Shown piece after piece: positions 56,562 to 64,000 of a stretch of DNA of 64,000 nt. The notes beneath the pieces were generated by a model. It saw nothing but the letters and a program-made list of their open reading frames with translations, did not search any database and was not told the origin of the DNA. Made by a program: the position numbers and the translations under genes. Source of the stretch: Octopus sinensis (lineage: Eukaryota); contig NC_043009.1 in NCBI RefSeq assembly GCF_006345805.1, forward strand, positions 3,286,001 through 3,350,000. Direction: 5' to 3'. Every line of letters starts with the position of its first letter. The stretch's first letter is position 1.

Positions 56562-56660
56562 CCTCCTTCTTTCCTTCTTTCCTGAGCGTCCAATAATACT
56601 ATATTGTTCCACGTCCTCGCGTTGTTGTGTTTTTTGTGTCTTCTTGCTTGGATTAACTAT
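56561..56660 (+). mobile_element. P2 3' fragment
   Basis: CCTGAGCGTCCAATAATACTATATT..GTTCCACGTCCTCGCGTTGTTGTG near-identical to 58267-58325. Confidence 0.7.
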
Positions 56661-56933
56661 ATATATAATATGTATATATATGTATATGTATATATATACC
56701 GAGGGAGAGAGAGAGAGAGGAAAGAGAGAGAAAGAGAGATATCTATTAAACACAACCATAAGTTATATACCTATGATGAAATTCGCACATTTAAATGTAT
56801 ATAATGTGTCAACCATACTAACGTCTGTAGATATACATTTCATCGGCGTGACATGGTTCAGAACATTTATAGGCTCCTGAAGAATATATTTTTGTGGAAT
56901 AATGTTGGCCGGATAAAAGAGTGAAAATACGGT

Positions 56934-57153
56934 AACTATTCCTTTCTAATCTAGGCACAAGGTCCGAAACTTTTGGGGAGGCGGTCAGTCGATTACATCG
57001 AAATTAGTATGCAACTGGTACTTAATTTATATACCCCGAAAGGATGAAAGGCAAAGACGACCTCAGCGCAATTTGAACTCAGAACGTAAAGACAGAGAAA
57101 ATAACGCTAAGCGTTTCGCCCGGCGTGCTAACGTTTCTGCCAGCTTATCGCCT
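56934..57153 (-). mobile_element. SINE family A (A2 tail)
   Basis: Clean head and central block; tail CCTTTCTAATCTAGGCACAAGG..TTTTGGGGAGG. Confidence 0.88.
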
Positions 57154-58149
57154 TGAAAATATAGAAAACATTACTCGCACAAGCAACAGAGCATCTTCCC
57201 TGGTGCTCACGCACACTCGTATGTGATTACACACACTAGGAGAAATTAATAAACACACACACACACACAAAACATGCTAAGATACATAAAGGTGTGCGTT
57301 TGCGAACTAGGAATACGAAAAAGGAACCACATATGTGGTGCACAGAAGGGACAAGGACTCAAGAAAACACTAGAATGTGACAACTGATGCAAACTTAGTG
57401 GAGTTAACACTGAAGATTTCACTCACATCAAAATCCGTTTCCAAACATCTAATCGCATTATTATCTACGTATGAAACATGTTTTAATCAACACTTTGTAT
57501 AATGAGGTCCGTGAGAGGGATAATTCTGAGTTCAAAGATATAAGGACACGCAGCACGGTAGATGCGATAGATACTCATAAATCGTACTGGTGGAAAATCT
57601 CAGTGAAAACCGGGTTTCATGTCTTACACAAATTATTCCTCAGTTAAGGTATCACAATATGGACAAATTCTTGGATTTCGACATTCACATAGGGGCGAAG
57701 CAGTATCCGTCGCCTACTCGATCAGAAGATGTGACCGAAAAAAAAAATGGAATATCTATGAAGAGGGAAATGGAGGAGGAGAGAGAGGGGTGGAAGAGAA
57801 AGACAACGAGTAAACTAGTGATTAGAGGACGGGGGGATGAAGAGACTACAGAGAACAGCAAAAGGTTGTGCAAATGTGAAGACAGAGAAAATCGGAGATG
57901 GAATCAGTAGGGGCGAAGGGAATGGGTATGGTAAATAAAATAGATATACTAATAAATAAATGTACTTCAATATATATGTGTGTGTGTGCGCCCGTGCATG
58001 TGTGTGTTAGTGTGTTTCAAGAAATAGCAGAGGTGTTGCGGTCCAGTCCCAAGTGCGTAGCTTCTTGGGCAAGTATCTTTAACAAGCATAGCTTATCGAC
58101 CAATTGCTTGTGAGTGGATTTGATAGACGGAAAGTAGAATATCGACCGC

Positions 58150-58341
58150 GTGTGTATCGTTGGCGATTTTTTTCCTCTGTCTTCCCTTCTCTGGATCTTT
58201 CCTTCTCCTATGTTTCCGACGAAGAGATCCGCTCGAACCGTTAAACCCTCCTTCTTTCCTTTTTTCCCTGAGCGTCCAATAATACTATATTTGTTCCACG
58301 TCCTCGCGTTGTTGTGTTTTTTTGTGCTTTCATGTTTGGAT

Positions 58342-58345
<4 letters not shown>
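58150..58345 (+). mobile_element. P2 element with mutated hammerhead core
   Basis: GTTT-CCGACGA-A-GAG-ATCCG-CTC-GAACC-GTT-AAAC; stems I and II intact, two core substitutions. Confidence 0.6.
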
Positions 58346-58385
<40 letters not shown>

Positions 58386-58442
58386 CATGTATGTATTATA
58401 TATATATATGCATGTATGTATATATATATACATATACATATG

Positions 58443-58473
<31 letters not shown>

Positions 58474-59041
58474 GATATATATATATATATATATATATGC
58501 CTGATACATGTACATATATAGATATGTAGACTATGAGATGTATTAATATCAAGAAGAGCCAAAGGTGTCAGGTAACGCTGAGTAAGTGCTATGGACAGGT
58601 TCGATAATGATACGAATGAGGAGTCCAACGTGGGTCATGTATTAGCATGCGTAATTATAAGAATTGACAGAATGAGATAAAAAGAAATCCAAGGCTGCGA
58701 ATAGTGTTCAGAACATTTATAAATAGAAGGCTTTACAGCTGTTTCCGGGATATATTTTATATTCCTTCATTGGAGATGGTGCAAGAAAATATTTGAGTAA
58801 TAATTAGTGTAAAGAAGATATAAAATACAGAGAAAAGTGAAGGAATGAAAACTGACGCGAGATACGCAAGGATATTGTATTTGCAGTTCCATTATTTAAG
58901 CAGAATGATGTATATATAAGTTTCCTGTACCTTCTGTGTGAGTTCCAATAGTGTTTATACTTATTCATTCTAAGCATAAAGTCTTGTAAGCAGTGTTATT
59001 TGATCGAGGGTTTATACACATACCACACACACCACACACAC

Positions 59042-59093
<52 letters not shown>

Positions 59094-59518
59094 TATGTGT
59101 GTGTGTGTGTGTATTATATAGAATATACATGTATGTGTGTGTGTGAATCTTTCAGAGTGAGAGTTTATAGACGTGCATTTATAGATGTCCACTTATATAT
59201 GTATTCAAACACAACTGCTTGACAAATGGTGTAGTTCTGTTCACAACGCCTCAAATTTAATGTTCGCGGAGAAGGACCGAATAAGCAAGTAGTACCAGGT
59301 TTGAAAACAAAACCACATATTGGTGTAGATTTGTCCCGTTTTGGGTGAATTCGTCTAGAACAATTCCTCTACAACAATTCATCTGTGCATGTGTGTGTGG
59401 TTGTAGATGAACTGTATCTGTAGATACATTGTAGAAAAATTCGCCGGATACCCATTGCCGCAGTCCAATAACTACTTGAGGTAAAAAGCACAAGTACACA
59501 CACACACACAGATACACA

Positions 59519-59560
<42 letters not shown>

Positions 59561-61039
59561 ACATGTGTATATATCTATATATATGATAGTTTTGAGTTTA
59601 TTGTATTTATCTACTGCTTCCTTCTCTGAATATCCATTGATCGATTGCCATGCATCCTTAAAGTAAATCATAATTGTGAACCTGCTGAGGACACTATCGC
59701 CTCTGGATATATACTGGGTCAACTTGCTCCGTATAACAGATTTTTATACTTTGTACTACTATCAGTTGTTCTGAAGATAAATCTGTTTTACTTCCCAGCA
59801 TACTTATACCTTCTGGCTGAACACATACGTATATATTTATATGTACATTATATACGTGGTAACGTTGACCTAATATCTATTATATAATGAAGAAGATTAT
59901 GAGATAGGTGTGAAGAAATGGAATAAACATATACGCGCCCATTTCACTTCTCGTATATATATGTGCATGAGTGTGTGTGTGTGTGTGTGTTGCGTACGCT
60001 TATTGGAAGCAGCCTATTTTTAATATAGTCTCAGAGTTGGAAAACTTAAGGATATGTTCAGCAGATGACTATTTTCACAGCGTTCTATGTCACGTGGAAA
60101 TAAATTAAAAGTACCTTCCAGTTATTATACAATAACTGTTCAATGACTTTAAAAACCATGATTGAGTTAAAAGTGAACTAATTAACCAGCTCTGATATTT
60201 GTTCAAAATAATAAAGCACTATTTAGATATTACATGTTCTTCAGTTACTATGGTAAGGGCGAGCATGTTCTGTAATGAAATAATATTTTCATAAGTGTTG
60301 AAGTTATTATCTTTTAAACTCCAGATATATTGGGAAGTGTTGTAGTAAAGTGTTTTACGTGTGTGTGTGTGCGAAAACAAATGAATAATGCCTGCGTCTT
60401 CTCTAAACTAGCAGTAAACATATAATGTTTACTGTTAAATAGCAGTAAACGCTATATAAGTTTTTGTTTCGCTTTATTTACAATATTAAAACGAGACAGA
60501 GTAAATATTCAGGTGTTTCAATTATATAAAGCAGAAGTGTATAGATGTTTGTGCCGAAAATGTTTCTCTAGTTTGTTCTTGTTATGAAAGCAGCGAGTTA
60601 TTAGTAGACCCGTAGCACAGCTTAATGCCTTTCCAATTAAAGATCATAGGATATTTATAATCCTATGAAGAAATTATTATTTATGTGGTTTAGTAAAATC
60701 CTGGCATCAGTATTATTAAGCGGATATCCAGTTCATATTTTCACGAGGAATCCTTAAACCGTTCTGCTCATTACAACAACACATTGTCATAGAATGTATT
60801 ACGTACATACAGTATATCACTAAGTCTAAGGAACTAACGAAGATTGGAAAAGATGTATTATATACTACGCATAATCTACATGCGTTAAATATACGTTGTA
60901 GTATTGAAAGGATTTTGCTCAAACATATAAATAATGATTTTCCATTGGTATATAATACAAGTCTCGTTAAAATGAGCTACAATACTGCCAAATCATCTCA
61001 CGGTTTGTAACCAGTATAAACAAGCAAGTAATATTTCAA

Positions 61040-61245
61040 AGCTGCGAGCTGACGGAATCGTTGGAGTGCCGGACAAAATGCATAGCGGAATTGCGTTCTG
61101 GGTTGCTCAAATTTTGCCAAGGCCGACTTTACATTACATTCTTTCAGGGTCGATAAGATATGCATCTGTTGAGTACTGGGATCGATGTAATCGATTTAGC
61201 ACCTCCCAAAAAATCTGGCCATGTGGCAACATTTGAAGTTAATAT
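61040..61245 (+). mobile_element. Old SINE A2
   Basis: GAGCTGACGGAATCGTTGGAGTGCCGGACAAAATG..TTTCAGGGTCGATAAG..CTGGGATCGATGTAATCGA. Confidence 0.7.
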
Positions 61246-61695
61246 TTCCAGAAGGGAATCCCGAACTTTTTCCTCTGTATATTTTAAATACGCCGTATTT
61301 TGATCACCTAGTATATATCATTTCAGTTACAACTGTAATGTTGTTGATAAAACAGGTCCTTTGTCTCTCTCCTTATCCTCTTGAAGATTTTGGGTAAAAT
61401 TATACTAATGTGTCCGTCTAATTTAATTAAATTCTATGTCTTTGTGCAGCTGAATATTGCTCTATATTTTAAATTGATGTAATGATTGCATTGTTCAATT
61501 AAATGGAGTCGCATGGAACGATCGTACTGCATTACCTCTGGATATCCTTGTTGCTTATTTTGATTTTATATATATATATATATAATGTTCTACATTTACT
61601 TGATTCTATATATACATATACATACATTTATATATATGTGTGTGTGTGAGTGTGTATGGTATATATGTACGTATGTAGTATTATGTGTGCATATA

Positions 61696-61754
<59 letters not shown>

Positions 61755-61870
61755 TACATACATACATACATACATACATACGTACTATATACATACACAC
61801 TCACACACACACATATATATAAATGTATGTATATGTATATATAGAATCAAGTAAATGTAATAACGTTATA

Positions 61871-61916
<46 letters not shown>

Positions 61917-62310
61917 AGGGGAACCCTTCGGTCATGAATGACCATGGGATTGCACCTAGAAAGTTACCCTGCGAGGTATACTTATATATATATATATACA
62001 TATTTTAAAGTATTAGATCATCATTCTAAAGTTTATCTTGCAAATAAACAGACAAACGGGGATTTGATTTATCTTCGTCTATTCTTATCAAACATGCAAA
62101 TTAATACTAATATGCCATGTGGCAAGCTTGATAATTGTTGAACGATTTCTCTCAGCGTGGATAAATGGGACCCTCCTGGATTCAAAAACAAAATAATACT
62201 TCCCCACCAATGCGTGTTGAGCACTTATTCTCACTCTACGATATTAACGTATATGCGCGCTCGTGTGTGTAAATATATATACATTTGTATGTGTGTATAA
62301 ATGCATATAT

Positions 62311-62357
<47 letters not shown>

Positions 62358-63127
62358 CGTATACATATAGAGAGATATACAAATATTTATTACAGGAACA
62401 TATACTTGAACGAATTGAATAATTAATCACTTGTTAAATACTCGTAACTAACATACTGACATCCATATGGAGTTTCGAAAATTCGAAATATTGAGCTAAT
62501 TTACGTTTGTGTCTTAATAATTGCATATTGCTTTCTCTTTACGAAAAAAAAAGACCGCGAGTAAGATATTACGTTTTACAAAAATGCTAAACCGTTTTTC
62601 CTACAACTATCGCTTAACTTCCCTTGACGCTTCCTTAAATTTTGTGATACATATTGTGATTCCAAACATATGAATCGACAGCAATCTTCAACTGAGTGTT
62701 CTCAACACCTCATCACATTTGGTGAGTCACAAAATATTCTGCACTCTTTTATGGCATTCAAAAACCACACCTGGTTGAATATCACGTCTTAGTTTTATAT
62801 AAAATTACTGATTTTGGTAATACTTGTATTGTAACTCGTTGCTGAAAATGAAAAATGTACAAAGACATTAGCTGAAATTTTTAGTAGACATCATTAGGAG
62901 AAAGGCCGGAGGATGCATTTTTATTATATTGTTAGCCATAATTTACTTTGATACAACTTTATAGTAAGTCTTTAAACCGATAATAAGTATAAATGTTATC
63001 TTTCACGTACTAGATTACTAAGCCGTAAAACAAAAGGCCGCTGCTCTCAGCAGCAATAAACTGAAGGGTATTTTATTAACATATTACTTGCATTAGCACA
63101 GCATTTTCCGTTTCAATATAACTACTG

Positions 63128-63204
63128 GGATCTTTTCGGTTTGAACGGCAGTTTTTTTACATATTTCTAGGTACCTAAAACTGTTTAAATTTCGTATACT
63201 GGTA
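63128..63204 (-). mobile_element. Second copy of the Merlin-like MITE end, cut by the gap
   Basis: Reverse complement matches 23113-23189 including the TIR. Confidence 0.85.
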
Positions 63205-63304
63205 NNNNNNNNNNNNNNNNNNNNNNNNNNNNNNNNNNNNNNNNNNNNNNNNNNNNNNNNNNNNNNNNNNNNNNNNNNNNNNNNNNNNNNNNNNNNNNNN
63301 NNNN
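63205..63304. other. Assembly gap (100 N)
   Basis: A round 100-N run; true size unknown. Confidence 0.99.
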
Positions 63305-63305
63305 A

Positions 63306-63848
63306 AATGAGGATACGGAAGAAGAACGAGCAAGTGCAGAGGAGGAAAGAACAGAAGATAGGAAGAGACAAGGGTGGAATCACCACCGAAAGTTCTAAAA
63401 AAGAAAAAAATCAAAAGCAAGATAACAGAAGAAAAGAAGAGAGAACATGCAAAGAGCAGGAAGTAAAAGAAGAGCGAGAGAGCAGCCAAGGACAGAGTTT
63501 GAACAAGAATGGGAGACAAGTGAAAGAGCAGTTGGAAGCGTGTAAAAAGGAAGAAGGTCTGCAGGAAAAAACCTGAAAGCAGTTGTGATGTATATCAAGA
63601 ATACAGAAGTGGAAAAGAGACTTGCAGGTAGGAAAGCGTTGGTCAGGGTGAAGTTGAACCCAAAACTGTATGGTGACGATGTAAAAGGCGCAGTTATAGA
63701 AAAAGAAACATTCACAAAATTAAAAAATATATTTAATGCTATTTATATAGCGCATTATGTACGGTATGACAATTTACCAAATGTAATAGACCAAATGGAC
63801 TTAATAGAATATATGACGGACGAACGTCCAATAGAACTGAATTGTTAA
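63306..63848 (+). pseudogene. Disrupted coding-like remnant of unknown origin (possibly retroelement ORF1)
   Basis: Charged low-complexity segment with stops, followed by ~100 open codons ending ..LIEYMTDERPIELNC*; no motif recognised. Confidence 0.3.
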
Positions 63849-63859
63849 AATTGTAACAT

Positions 63860-64000
63860 TGTGAATTGTAAAAAGTAAAGTTGTATTTTGAACAGGAATA
63901 TATGTAATGTTAAAATGTAAAATTGTAAGTTGTAAAATTATTGTATTTTGAACTGGAATATATGTAACTGTAAAATGTAAAATTGTAATTTAAACGGAAC
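63860..64000 (+). repeat. ~60-bp imperfect tandem repeat
   Basis: TTGTATTTTGAAC.GGAATATATGTAA..GTAAAATGTAAAATTGTAA occurs twice. Confidence 0.8.

Noticed and set aside
57590-57910. 106-aa ORF
   Set aside because: Purine-rich low-complexity DNA; no domain or splice support.

Overview
AT-rich, microsatellite-saturated eukaryotic DNA with no recognisable host protein-coding gene. The repeat content suggests an octopus-like cephalopod intergenic or large-intron region (inference from the repeat families, not verified). Nearly all listed ORFs are translations of (TA)n, (CA)n or (ATT)n tracts. The window holds four tRNA-headed SINE families (my labels A-D), a young 5'-truncated CR1 LINE, older LINE/RT relics, two mariner derivatives, a Merlin-like MITE with TTAGGG repeats, two Helitron/Helentron-type non-autonomous elements and a 100-N gap. 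The main signal is a set of non-coding inserts sitting inside (TA)n tracts, several carrying type I hammerhead ribozyme motifs. The best case is a 593-bp unit at 11.6-13.2 kb, present as two more-than-unit-length, circularly permuted copies with a hammerhead core. A second is a head-to-head double-hammerhead palindrome at 43.5-43.9 kb. These look like Penelope-like pLTR or retrozyme insertions made from a multimeric or circular RNA and primed from both sides of a TA target. A second oddity is SINE-A multimers with one fixed junction and a single TSD. All pairings and coordinates were read by eye; ribozyme activity is untested.
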